Shown here one piece after another: positions 46,925 to 55,801 of a stretch of DNA of 64,000 bases. The position numbers and the translations under genes were made by a program. Position 1 is the first letter of the stretch. The number at the start of each line of letters is the position of its first letter. Source of the stretch: an uncultured Bacteroidales bacterium (lineage in GTDB: Bacteria; Bacteroidota; Bacteroidia; Bacteroidales; WCHB1-69); assembly GCA_947167635.1 (NCBI GenBank), contig CAMVIT010000001.1, positions 3,796-67,795 of the forward strand. The letters run 5' to 3'. The notes under the pieces are model-generated. The model was not told where the DNA came from. It ran no database searches and saw only the letters and a program-made list of their open reading frames with translations.

Positions 46925-49225
46925 TTATTGGGAAATATCGTGATAGATGTTCAAATAGGTGTGGGCAATATCCGCCCAATGGAAAAGCGAGAAATCAACC
47001 GTGGAGTTGGTGTAGTTGCCGGGATGGAGCATCAGATTCTGCAGTGCGCAGACAATCTCCGTGGTGGATTGGGGATTCACCGCAAGCCCCACCTCGCCGT
47101 GGAAGAGTCCGTCAATGCCCTCGTTGCGCGTGTAGAGCAGCGACAATCCCTGTGTGAGGGCCTCCACATACACCAGACCAAAGGTTTCATGCAGGGAAGG
47201 CATGGCGAACACTCTGTTTTCGGCATAGACCTTCTGCAATTCGGACTTGTCGTAAATCTTGCCCCGATAACGGAACGTGTCAGGATGCTGTTTCACAAGG
47301 GCCAGTACCTCCTGTTCTCGATTGCCATCACCGCCCACCAGATCCAAATGAATGTCGGGAATGTCTGTTTTCAGCTGCGAGACCGCTTGCATCAGTCGCA
47401 ACACGTTTTTGTTGTCATCGAAAAGGCCTACATAAAGCACATTGTGTGAACCGTCAGGGGCGGCAGGGGAGGACTGTATATGGTTGAGCCAGTACTCGTT
47501 GACGCCATTAGGGATGAGGAGGCTCTTGCCGTGCAGCAGTTCCCTCATGCCCGCGAGAGTCCAGTGGTTGGTAAGCCGCCGCTGAAGTGCGGGGCTGATG
47601 AAGACCACCTTGTCGGCATCACGGATAACGGCGCGGTGAACCCACCAAAGATGAGGTGCATAGCGCAAAAAGGCGTTGAGGTCCGTGTTGCGCACGGCCA
47701 CAATATAGGGGATGCCATAATGCCGCTTGAGATACAGTGCCACCGCCCCGTCGCTGAAGAGATTGGTGGCATGGGAGCAGGCGATGTGCGACAAATCCAC
47801 CTTCTTGGCGACATCTTTGGCAATCATCGTGATTTTCCGGTGGAAGAAAATGCGATGTAAAGGTTTTAAAATAAACGAGTAGATAATGCCCGTGTGCTCG
47901 CCTTCAAAGGCATTGCGCCCGTCCAGCTCCTGACTGCGAATCGGGGAATAGACCACCTGGTCCACACCGATCTTGTCCAACTGTTGGTATAATTCTGCAT
48001 GAACTTTGCTGTTGGGAAAATCGTTGCAAATATGCAGCACTTTTGCTGGTTCTCCGTCATGGGCCAGAATGGCGTGGCGCGGCTGCTGCTGTTTGTTGTA
48101 GAAAGTGGCGCCTAACAAAAGGAAGGCCAGCATCTGCACGGAGCCTGGACCGTAGGGGAAATTAGGCTCCACAAAACTGATAATCAGCGGCAACGCACAT
48201 GTGATGTAACCGATGTCGCGGATGTCTGTCTTGCGGTCGCTGAGAAGCGCGATAATAGTCTTGATTCCAAAATAGAGATAGAAACCCACCACTGCGAACG
48301 ACCATATCCCGTAACGCACGAGTCGTAAGAGTATGTAGTTGTGTATAAGCAATATGCCGGATTTGCTCTCTTGTTCTCCGACTACGGATTCGTTGAGAAT
48401 GTATTCCAGGCCCTCCTTGTCTCGTTGCCAGCGGTTGGAGGTGATGACATCGAGTGAGCCGGACCGTTTGCCGCCTACCATGAAAGTGTGCAGTTCATCG
48501 CTGAGAAATGCCGAATAGAGGATATAGCCGATGAGTGCAAAACCGAGGATGGTGAGCACCATTTTGACGTCCCAGTGCCAGCGGGTGTCCTTGACCGTTA
48601 TGAACGTGGCGCATAGGAGCAAGGCAAAGAATGCAGACCGTGCGCGAATGAGGAGCAGCACCAACAAGGCCAGGATGAACAGGACTAAAAAGTGAATGCG
48701 CTGTTCTTTGATGTGTATGCCAAAGAAGAGACAGGCCATGCCGGCGATGGCCAAAATGCCGCCTACCTGGTTCTTTCCTTTGTCAAACATGTAATATTCA
48801 GGGATATAGAGCCCGCCGGCCCAGTAGAAGCAATTGATCACGCCCATGATGATCAATCCGATGGTGTAGAAATAGCAGATGTTGGACCATGTTTTGATGT
48901 CGCAGTCGAGCGACATGCCGATGCCGATACACAGGAAGGCGATGACAAGCTGGGTCAGGTCGGCGACATGGAATCGCTTTCCTGTGAAATGGAATAGGAT
49001 GAATTCCAAGAGCACGATGCCAATGGTGATTGCGAAAATACGCATGAAGCGGACGGAGAAATAGCGATCGAAGGAGAAGGTGACAGCTGCGGAGACGGCC
49101 ATTGACCCCATGATGGCATAACGGAGGATATAATAGATTTTGGTGTGGTAAATCCAAGGCAGGTAGGAAGCCATGACCAGTCCAAGGGTAAGGTACAGTA
49201 AGTATTTGGCTATGTTCTGTTTCAT
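46925..49225 (-). CDS. Fusion protein: Wzy/O-antigen-ligase-like polytopic membrane domain plus a GT4 glycosyltransferase domain
   Basis: 766 aa. The N-terminal ~390 aa has about 10 TM segments with a RARSAFFALLL-type loop. The C-terminal ~370 aa is a GT-B domain with the HETFGLVYVEAL (E-x7-E) motif. Confidence 0.65.
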   Translation of the reverse strand: MKQNIAKYLLYLTLGLVMASYLPWIYHTKIYYILRYAIMGSMAVSAAVTFSFDRYFSVRFMRIFAITIGIVLLEFILFHFTGKRFHVADLTQLVIAFLCIGIGMSLDCDIKTWSNICYFYTIGLIIMGVINCFYWAGGLYIPEYYMFDKGKNQVGGILAIAGMACLFFGIHIKEQRIHFLVLFILALLVLLLIRARSAFFALLLCATFITVKDTRWHWDVKMVLTILGFALIGYILYSAFLSDELHTFMVGGKRSGSLDVITSNRWQRDKEGLEYILNESVVGEQESKSGILLIHNYILLRLVRYGIWSFAVVGFYLYFGIKTIIALLSDRKTDIRDIGYITCALPLIISFVEPNFPYGPGSVQMLAFLLLGATFYNKQQQPRHAILAHDGEPAKVLHICNDFPNSKVHAELYQQLDKIGVDQVVYSPIRSQELDGRNAFEGEHTGIIYSFILKPLHRIFFHRKITMIAKDVAKKVDLSHIACSHATNLFSDGAVALYLKRHYGIPYIVAVRNTDLNAFLRYAPHLWWVHRAVIRDADKVVFISPALQRRLTNHWTLAGMRELLHGKSLLIPNGVNEYWLNHIQSSPAAPDGSHNVLYVGLFDDNKNVLRLMQAVSQLKTDIPDIHLDLVGGDGNREQEVLALVKQHPDTFRYRGKIYDKSELQKVYAENRVFAMPSLHETFGLVYVEALTQGLSLLYTRNEGIDGLFHGEVGLAVNPQSTTEIVCALQNLMLHPGNYTNSTVDFSLFHWADIAHTYLNIYHDISQ

Positions 49226-49240
49226 TGTCCGAAGAAAAGG

Positions 49241-50125
49241 CTAAAGATTGGGCAGTTGAATCATTTGACCAAAGAGGAGGTCGGTTTCGGGCAGTCGTCC
49301 GCGGTCGAAGCCGCCGCTGGGTGTGAAGGTGAGTTCCCCGAAGTAGGTTTTTCCGTTTTCCAGATAGAAGTCGGCACGCACAAAGGGGAAAGGCTTGGAG
49401 AGGGTTTCGGCGTAGTCGAAAAGTTGGTCAATGCCGTCGGGTTTGGGAAGCGTAAAGCCCTCCGGAGCCTCTTTGCCCTGTTTGTTGAGGCGTTGCAGTT
49501 CCCATTGGCGGTTGAAGAAGTAGAAGGCGGGTCGCTCCTGGTCGCCGCGGCCATAGCAGCAGAGCACATATTCGGCCTTGCCGTTGAAGCAGTAAAATTT
49601 GTAATCCACTGGCGCATGACCGTCCTCGGTTTCGATAAACTCCTCGCAAAGAATGAGCTTTTCGGGAATGTCGTACTGTGGCTCGGCGGCGATGAGGTGA
49701 AACTTTATTTTTCCGAATTTGTTGAGTTCGCGCGTGGCGGCGTAGATGTCCAATTTGCTTTTGTCGGGGCAAATCACGTTGCCGCCACAACCGAAATTCC
49801 ATTTCAGCACGAATTTGTCGGGCAACAAATTCCATGGTATCTCGCTGGCGGAATGGTATTTGTCAATGAGTGGGTTGAGAATGTGCGCTAAGCCGCACAC
49901 CTTTACATATTCGCGCACACGGTACTTGTCGGCACACTGCTTGACGATGTCCTGTTGGCAGTAGTGCAATTTGAGCCACTGGATTTTCTCGTCCATGGTC
50001 TGTGGATTGTCGAGGTTCAGCCGTTTGTGATGGCAGATTCGATAGAGCAGGCGAACGCTCCATCGGGGAGAGATGGATGCGATCAGATAGCGGAACCAAA
50101 GATTGGGGGCGGAGCGAAATTTCAT
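49241..50125 (-). CDS. TupA-like ATP-grasp family protein (polysaccharide modification)
   Basis: 294 aa from the ATG at 50125 (MKFRSAPN...). Blocks MDEKIQWLKLHY, DKYRVREYV, FVLKWNFGCGGNVIC, DYKFYCFNGK and FYLENGKTYFGELTFTP fit the family. The upstream 104 codons of the track ORF overlap the PHP gene and are discarded. Confidence 0.65.
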   Translation of the reverse strand: MKFRSAPNLWFRYLIASISPRWSVRLLYRICHHKRLNLDNPQTMDEKIQWLKLHYCQQDIVKQCADKYRVREYVKVCGLAHILNPLIDKYHSASEIPWNLLPDKFVLKWNFGCGGNVICPDKSKLDIYAATRELNKFGKIKFHLIAAEPQYDIPEKLILCEEFIETEDGHAPVDYKFYCFNGKAEYVLCCYGRGDQERPAFYFFNRQWELQRLNKQGKEAPEGFTLPKPDGIDQLFDYAETLSKPFPFVRADFYLENGKTYFGELTFTPSGGFDRGRLPETDLLFGQMIQLPNL

Positions 50126-50141
50126 CGTGTGCAATTTTGGA

Positions 50142-50981
50142 TCAATATTGGAATTGGCGGGTTTTGAGGTCGAAAGTGGCCAAGTGGTCGTAGCCGCAGC
50201 GGAGCAGCTCGTCGCGGGCCTCGGGACAAAATTGGCCAAGGTCCTCCGACTTGTGGGCATCGCTGCTGATGATGACGGGAATGTCGAGTTTGCGTGCTTT
50301 TTGCAACAGTGCGGTGGAGGGATAGAAGGCATCGCAACGCTTCTTGTAAAGCCCCCGGGTGTTGATTTCCACGATGAGGTCGTGTCGCTTGATGAGTTGC
50401 AACGCCTTGTCGGCCAGCACTTGGTACCACGGTTCATCGTCTTCGAAAAAACGGTGTTGGTTGTGCATCTTGATTTTGTCGAAATGGGCGATGATCTCGA
50501 AATGCTCGGTTTCGATCATCTCAAAAGTCTGTTCCCAAAAACGGGTCACGGCCTTGCGGATGTTGTGGTCGAAGAGTCGGTCGAGACCGTCGTCGTAAAC
50601 TTCGCGTTTGGACCCGTCGATGAACCAAATGCCGTCTCTGTGCTCGGGTAGCACGAGGTGTACGCCCCCGATGATGTAGTCCAGGTGGTGCTCGTTGCGG
50701 AAGGTGTCGAAAGATTTGCAGTGGCCGGGCACAAAATCGCATTCCAAGGCCTTGAGCAGCGTCATGGAGGTCTGTTTTTGCAATCCGTCGATTTCCCGGC
50801 AATAGGTGCCTATCTCGTTTTCATGGATGCCGAAGTCGTTTTCGAAGGAGACGGGGGCATGGGAGGAGAATCCCAACTGAGTATAGTCAAGTTTCTCGGC
50901 GGCGGCCACGAATGCGGGCAGGGGTTCTTTCCCGTCGCAATAGGTGCTGTGTGTGTGATAATTGGTGTTGAGTTCAATCAT
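50142..50981 (-). CDS. PHP-family histidinol-phosphatase (HisJ/HisK type)
   Basis: NYHTHSTYCDG near the N-terminus, and GGVH, ISSDAH blocks. ATG at 50981 preferred; the alternative GTG at 50999 is the track start. Confidence 0.7.
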   Translation of the reverse strand: MIELNTNYHTHSTYCDGKEPLPAFVAAAEKLDYTQLGFSSHAPVSFENDFGIHENEIGTYCREIDGLQKQTSMTLLKALECDFVPGHCKSFDTFRNEHHLDYIIGGVHLVLPEHRDGIWFIDGSKREVYDDGLDRLFDHNIRKAVTRFWEQTFEMIETEHFEIIAHFDKIKMHNQHRFFEDDEPWYQVLADKALQLIKRHDLIVEINTRGLYKKRCDAFYPSTALLQKARKLDIPVIISSDAHKSEDLGQFCPEARDELLRCGYDHLATFDLKTRQFQY

Positions 50982-51016
50982 GGCGTTCTTTGTTGTCACA
51001 TGGTTTTATGTTCAGG

Positions 51017-52327
51017 TTAGCGGGCTTGCCGGTCATACATTTCGAGAAACTCGCTGCTCTTTCCTGTATGGGAGGAGTTGTAGAAATTGCTGAGGAATAT
51101 GATGACCAGACCATCTTTCGGACGGTAGAGCCAGAGGTTGTGGTAGCCGTTCCAAAGGCCGCCGTGATAGACGAGGAACCCGTGGTCGGGACTGTCTTCG
51201 AGGTGGACGCCGTATCCGTAGAGGTCCTTGGGATAGGTGCCGTTCGGCAACTTGTTCTGGATATTGGTGGCTTCATTGATAACCTCTTTGGGGAGAATCT
51301 GGTACTCCATGTAATAAACGTTGGCCCAGCGCAGTAGGTCTTCGGTGGTGGTATAGACGCCCTTGTCGCCGAGAATTCCGTTGAGGCGGTCGTAAAGCGC
51401 GAGGTTGCCGGTACGCCAGTGTCCGCGTGTGAGCGGTCGGGATGTGATACCCTCGATGGGTTTCACATTGATGTAGTCCTGCCCCTTGCGTATGGAGCAT
51501 TCGGGCTGCACATAGCCGGGGTAGAGACCCACCAGTTCCGTGAAGAAGAAGGTGTTTTTCATGCCCGCCGGTTTCCATAGATTGTCACGCACATATTGTT
51601 CAAAAGGCATTCCCGACACTTTCGCGACGATGGCCGCCAGCAGGGCATAGTTGGTGTTGCAATATTTGTAGCCCTGTCCTGACAGGAACATGCGTTGCGG
51701 TTTGGAATTTTCCAACACGCGCAGCAGTTGCTCGTTGGTGACAAAGGTGGAGGTGTCGTAAACCTTGTAGTCGAAATTGAAATATTCCGGCAGACCGGAG
51801 GTGTGGTTGAGCAGTTGGCGTATGGTGACCTCTCTGTATGGGATTTTCGGGAAAAAGGTGTGGAGCGAGTCTGTCAGACTGATTTTCCCGTCCCGGCAGA
51901 GTTTGAGAATGGCGGCGGCGGTAAATTGCTTGGAAACCGATGCCAGCTCAAACAAGCTATTGTTGATCAATGTGTTGGCATACATGCAGCGGCGGTAGTT
52001 CAACTCTTTTTCCGAAAGCCATCCGTAGCCGTCGTAGCTTTTGTAGAGTTCCAGGTAACCGTATGATTTCTGCAACAGGATAGTGTCGTGGCGGGCAATC
52101 AGGATGGTGCCGTTCATTCTTCCACCCAGCTGGTTGGCAAAGATTTCCAGGGAATCGTAGAGCGCATGTGTCTTGCCGATGTCATCGGGCAGGGCGGTGG
52201 TCAGCGATTTGAGAGAAAATGGCACGATAAATCCGCCAGAAGTATCCTTTGACGAATAGGTGTCTGCTTTTAAAAAGCTGATACACAAGAAAAAGACGAA
52301 GAAGGCGATAGAGATTCTTTTCAGCAT
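51017..52327 (-). CDS. Serine hydrolase of the class C beta-lactamase / PBP family
   Basis: 436 aa with a signal peptide, the SVSKQF (S-x-x-K) motif and a downstream YCNTNY (Y-x-N-like). Confidence 0.75.
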   Translation of the reverse strand: MLKRISIAFFVFFLCISFLKADTYSSKDTSGGFIVPFSLKSLTTALPDDIGKTHALYDSLEIFANQLGGRMNGTILIARHDTILLQKSYGYLELYKSYDGYGWLSEKELNYRRCMYANTLINNSLFELASVSKQFTAAAILKLCRDGKISLTDSLHTFFPKIPYREVTIRQLLNHTSGLPEYFNFDYKVYDTSTFVTNEQLLRVLENSKPQRMFLSGQGYKYCNTNYALLAAIVAKVSGMPFEQYVRDNLWKPAGMKNTFFFTELVGLYPGYVQPECSIRKGQDYINVKPIEGITSRPLTRGHWRTGNLALYDRLNGILGDKGVYTTTEDLLRWANVYYMEYQILPKEVINEATNIQNKLPNGTYPKDLYGYGVHLEDSPDHGFLVYHGGLWNGYHNLWLYRPKDGLVIIFLSNFYNSSHTGKSSEFLEMYDRQAR

Positions 52328-52335
52328 AGCAATGG

Positions 52336-52343
52336 CAAAGATA
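52336..52343 (-). promoter_or_regulatory. -7 box (TATCTTTG) for the serine hydrolase gene
   Basis: Minus-strand TATCTTTGCC ending only 9 nt before the ATG at 52327, which implies a near-leaderless mRNA. Confidence 0.4.
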
Positions 52344-52454
52344 GTGTTTTATGGAATGCTATAATACCATACTACAACAAAGTTATCCCACCTTTTCGGT
52401 TAATAATCAGCACCTCTTCGCGAGTGGTTGACGACGAGTGGTTCGCGGCCAAAA

Positions 52455-54272
52455 TTAGCCGTTCATGGAAGCCAGAAATTCCTCGTTGGTTCTGGTGAGT
52501 TCCATCTTTTCTTTGAGGAAGGTCATGGCTTCGATTGTGTTCATGTCGGCGAGGTGGTTGCGCAGGATCCACATTTTCTGGAGGACGTCGGGTTTTTGCA
52601 GCAGGTCGTCGCGGCGGGTGCTGGAGGCCATGAGATCGACAGCGGGATAGACGCGCTTGTTGGAGAGTTTGCGGTCGAGTTGCAGTTCCATGTTGCCGGT
52701 GCCCTTGAATTCCTCGAAGATGACCTCGTCCATGCGGGATCCGGTCTCGATGAGGGCGGTGGAGATGATGGTGAGGGAGCCGCCGTTTTCGACGTTACGG
52801 GCGGCGCCGAAGAAGCGTTTGGGTTTTTGCAGGGCGTTGGCTTCCACACCGCCGGAGAGCACCTTGCCGGAGGCAGGGGCCATCGTGTTGAAGGCGCGCG
52901 CCAGTCGGGTGATGGAGTCGAGCAGGATGCAGACGTCGTGACCGCACTCCACCATGCGTTTCGACTTCTCCAGCACCATGTTGGCAATCTTGACGTGTCG
53001 TTCGGCGGGTTCGTCGAAGGTGGAGGAGATGACCTCCGCATTGACGCTGCGCTGCATGTCGGTGACCTCCTCGGGACGCTCGTCGATGAGCAGGATGATA
53101 AGGTATATTTCCGGGTGGTTGGCGGCAATGGCGTTTGCTATATCCTTCAGCAACACTGTTTTACCAGTCTTGGGTTGTGCCACAATGAGGCCGCGCTGCC
53201 CCTTGCCGATGGGCGCGAAAAGGTCAATGACGCGGGTGGAGGTGTTGCAGCCCGGATGTCCCGTCAGGTTGATTTTCTCGTCCGGAAACATGGGGGTCAG
53301 GTAGTCGAAGGGGATACGGTCGCGGATTTCATCAGGATTGCGCCCGTTGATTTTGTCGATCTTGGTGAGCGGGAAGTATTTCTCGCCGGCCTTGGGCGGA
53401 CGTATGGCACCATACACCGTGTCGCCGTTCTTGAGACCGAAGAGCTTGATTTGGGAGAGGGAGACATAAATGTCATCGGGCGAAGTGAGGTAGTTGTAGT
53501 CGGAGGAGCGCAGGAAACCACAGTTGTCGCTGGTGATTTCGAGCACGCCCTCGGCCATGACAGTGCCCTCGTACTGCGCCTCTTCCAACAGGGCGGTCTG
53601 TTCCGCTAAAATGGCTTCCGCACTGTTCTTGTCTGGTTGAGGTGCTTTTTTCTCCGTGCTGTCGTTGGTGGTTTCTTCTTTTTTAGGGTTCTCTCCCTTG
53701 GCATATTTGCGACGCAGGGGCCGTTTCTCCTCTTTTTGTTGATACTCGATTATGGGTTCGTCAACGGTCGGTTTCTCTTCCGGTTCGTATGCGGCAAAAT
53801 GATAGTTGTTTGTGATTTTTCCAGGGAGAACCTCGGGATCCAGGATGGGAATGTCTTCCGGTGCCTTGGTCTGAGGCGTCACTGTGGTGGCGTTTGCCGT
53901 GTCGCTCTTTTTAGGCCGGCCTCTTTTGCGCTTGACGGGCTGGGGCGTCTCAGTTACGGCTTCCGCAGCGACGACTTTGACATCGGTCTCAGTGGTCTCT
54001 TTTGTTTTCCTTTTGCGCGTTTGCTTTGGTTTTTCCGTCAGCGGAAGAGGATTTGCGAACAAGACGGGTTCCTCGTCCCTTGCTTTGTTGGGCTCTGGCT
54101 GGATGTTTTTGTTGATATTTTCAGTCTTTACATCTTTAAAAAGGTCCTCAATGCGTTTTTCGGGAATGTTGACCTTTACAGTTTTCTTGGATTGGTTGGA
54201 GGTGGCTACGGGAAGGTCACTATTGGTTGTGATTCTCTTACGTTTAGGCCTCTTTTCTACAGATTCTAACAT
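52455..54272 (-). CDS. rho: Transcription termination factor Rho with a long basic/acidic N-terminal extension
   Basis: The C-terminal ~365 aa is canonical: OB-fold [15 protein letters not shown], Walker A PKTGKT, and the LIDERPEEV and [11 protein letters not shown] blocks. Start set to the ATG at 54272 because the track start at 54368 overlaps the promoter. Confidence 0.9.
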   Translation of the reverse strand: MLESVEKRPKRKRITTNSDLPVATSNQSKKTVKVNIPEKRIEDLFKDVKTENINKNIQPEPNKARDEEPVLFANPLPLTEKPKQTRKRKTKETTETDVKVVAAEAVTETPQPVKRKRGRPKKSDTANATTVTPQTKAPEDIPILDPEVLPGKITNNYHFAAYEPEEKPTVDEPIIEYQQKEEKRPLRRKYAKGENPKKEETTNDSTEKKAPQPDKNSAEAILAEQTALLEEAQYEGTVMAEGVLEITSDNCGFLRSSDYNYLTSPDDIYVSLSQIKLFGLKNGDTVYGAIRPPKAGEKYFPLTKIDKINGRNPDEIRDRIPFDYLTPMFPDEKINLTGHPGCNTSTRVIDLFAPIGKGQRGLIVAQPKTGKTVLLKDIANAIAANHPEIYLIILLIDERPEEVTDMQRSVNAEVISSTFDEPAERHVKIANMVLEKSKRMVECGHDVCILLDSITRLARAFNTMAPASGKVLSGGVEANALQKPKRFFGAARNVENGGSLTIISTALIETGSRMDEVIFEEFKGTGNMELQLDRKLSNKRVYPAVDLMASSTRRDDLLQKPDVLQKMWILRNHLADMNTIEAMTFLKEKMELTRTNEEFLASMNG

Positions 54273-54357
54273 TAGATTTAGTATTCTATTTAAGATTGAA
54301 AGCGGTATCACAAAAAGAAGGGGGTAGGGCGTGTACCGCGGGTTTGAAATGAGGCGG

Positions 54358-54365
54358 CAAAAATA
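54358..54365 (-). promoter_or_regulatory. -7 box (TATTTTTG) for rho
   Basis: Minus-strand GTATTTTTGCCGCCTCA, identical to the rplU promoter 17-mer, about 86 nt upstream of the rho ATG. Confidence 0.5.
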
Positions 54366-54377
54366 CAATTTTTTTCT

Positions 54378-54385
54378 TATTTTTG
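54378..54385 (+). promoter_or_regulatory. -7 box (TATTTTTG) for the gtrA-like gene
   Basis: TATTTTTGCGCGC 16 nt upstream of the ATG at 54401, back-to-back with the rho box. Confidence 0.45.
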
Positions 54386-54400
54386 CGCGCTCAAAAAAAA

Positions 54401-54895
54401 ATGTTTCAAAAGATAGAAAATCTTATAAAAAAGTTTCTCACTCCCGAGTTCATCCGCTTTGTTTTTGTGGCGGCTTTGAACACTGCGTTTGGATGGGCCG
54501 TATTCGCCTTGCTGCGTTACTTGTTGGGCATGACTTCGCTCAAGGAACCTTTTGTGTTGGCGGCTTTCCTCGGCACAATCATCAGCGTGCTTTTCAACTT
54601 CAAGACGTATGGGAAAATTGTGTTTAAAGTTGGCGACAACAGGTTGATCTTCAGGTTTGTCATGGTTTGTGCAATCACCTATTTCGTCAATATTTTCGGC
54701 ATAGGCATCATGGAGCGGTTCGGTGTGAACAACTATTGGGCCAGTGCCATCATGGCCCTCCCGGTAGGATTGCTCAATTATCTTTTCAACAAGATTTTCA
54801 CCTTCGCTCCCGAAACCAAACCCGCCCGTTGGTGGATGATGTGCAGCATCCTTGCCGTGGAGCTCGTTATCTTTCTGGTGCTGAGGTTCTGCTAA
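54401..54895 (+). CDS. GtrA-family membrane protein
   Basis: ~164 aa with 4 TM segments. The N-terminal [22 protein letters not shown] and C-terminal [10 protein letters not shown] blocks are typical of GtrA-like proteins. Confidence 0.7.
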   Translation: MFQKIENLIKKFLTPEFIRFVFVAALNTAFGWAVFALLRYLLGMTSLKEPFVLAAFLGTIISVLFNFKTYGKIVFKVGDNRLIFRFVMVCAITYFVNIFGIGIMERFGVNNYWASAIMALPVGLLNYLFNKIFTFAPETKPARWWMMCSILAVELVIFLVLRFC

Positions 54896-54938
54896 AAAAC
54901 GACCGCAAGTCACTCCTGCGACTTCCGACTATTTTTTG

Positions 54939-54946
54939 TATCTTTG
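54939..54946 (+). promoter_or_regulatory. -7 box (TATCTTTG) for the CDP-sugar operon
   Basis: TATCTTTGCCGCC 29 nt upstream of the rfbF ATG. Confidence 0.5.
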
Positions 54947-54974
54947 CCGCCTATTTGTATTAAAGATAAAACTC

Positions 54975-55751
54975 ATGAAAGTAGTCATTCTTGCGGGCGG
55001 TTACGGCACCCGTATCAGCGAAGAAAGCCACCTCAGACCCAAGCCCATGATTGAGATTGGCGACAAGCCTATCTTATGGCATATCATGAAAATATATTCC
55101 CATTACGGGTATAACGATTTCATTATTTGCTGCGGCTACAAACATTACATCATAAAGGAATGGTTCGCCGACTATTATCTCCACAACAGCGACATCTCCT
55201 TTGATTTCACCAATGACAACAAAATGACCGTGCTCAACACCTCCGCCGTGGAACCTTGGAAGGTGACCCTGATAGACACCGGGCTCAACACCATGACCGG
55301 CGGGCGCGTGAAACGCATCCGGAAATACGTCGGCGACGAGCCTTTTATGCTCACATACGGCGACGGTGTGGCCGACATCAATATCAATGAACTTGTGAAA
55401 TTCCATCAGAGCCACGGCAAAATCGCCACCATCACGACCGTGAATGTGGGACAGCGTTTCGGCGTCATTGAAATGGACGACTCCGACACCATCAAGGCCT
55501 TCCGCGAAAAATCCGACTCCGACGGCAGCGTCATCAATGGAGGGTTTATGATATTCCAACCCGAAATATTCGATTACATTGACGACGACACTACCGTTTT
55601 TGAGAGAAAGCCCCTTGAATCCATGGCCAAAATGGGCGAACTGAAAGCATACAAGCACAACGGCTTCTGGCACTGCATGGACACCCAGCGCGACAAGATG
55701 AACCTGGAAGAATGGTGGGCATCGGGAAAGGCGCCGTGGAAGTTATGGTAA
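54975..55751 (+). CDS. rfbF: Glucose-1-phosphate cytidylyltransferase
   Basis: MKVVILAGGYGTRISEES...KPM.EIG.KPILWHIM start. 258 aa. FWHCMDTQRD near the C-terminus is typical of RfbF/DdhA. Confidence 0.88.
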   Translation: MKVVILAGGYGTRISEESHLRPKPMIEIGDKPILWHIMKIYSHYGYNDFIICCGYKHYIIKEWFADYYLHNSDISFDFTNDNKMTVLNTSAVEPWKVTLIDTGLNTMTGGRVKRIRKYVGDEPFMLTYGDGVADININELVKFHQSHGKIATITTVNVGQRFGVIEMDDSDTIKAFREKSDSDGSVINGGFMIFQPEIFDYIDDDTTVFERKPLESMAKMGELKAYKHNGFWHCMDTQRDKMNLEEWWASGKAPWKLW

Positions 55752-55760
55752 AATCTCTGT

Positions 55761-55784
55761 AGAGACGCGGCGTGCCGCGTCTCT
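55761..55784. other. Perfect GC-rich palindromic hairpin between rfbF and rfbG
   Basis: AGAGACGCGG-CGTG-CCGCGTCTCT, a 10-bp perfect stem with no following T-run. Confidence 0.7.
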
Positions 55785-55801
55785 TATAACAAAAAAAGAA
55801 T

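Noticed and set aside
50126-50437. The N-terminal 104 codons of track ORF 49241..50437, which overlap the 3' end of the PHP phosphatase gene.
   Set aside because: This segment has Ser/Thr/Pro/Ala-rich composition and no similarity to the ATP-grasp family. The family-like sequence begins at the ATG at 50125, which leaves a clean 16-nt gap after the upstream gene.
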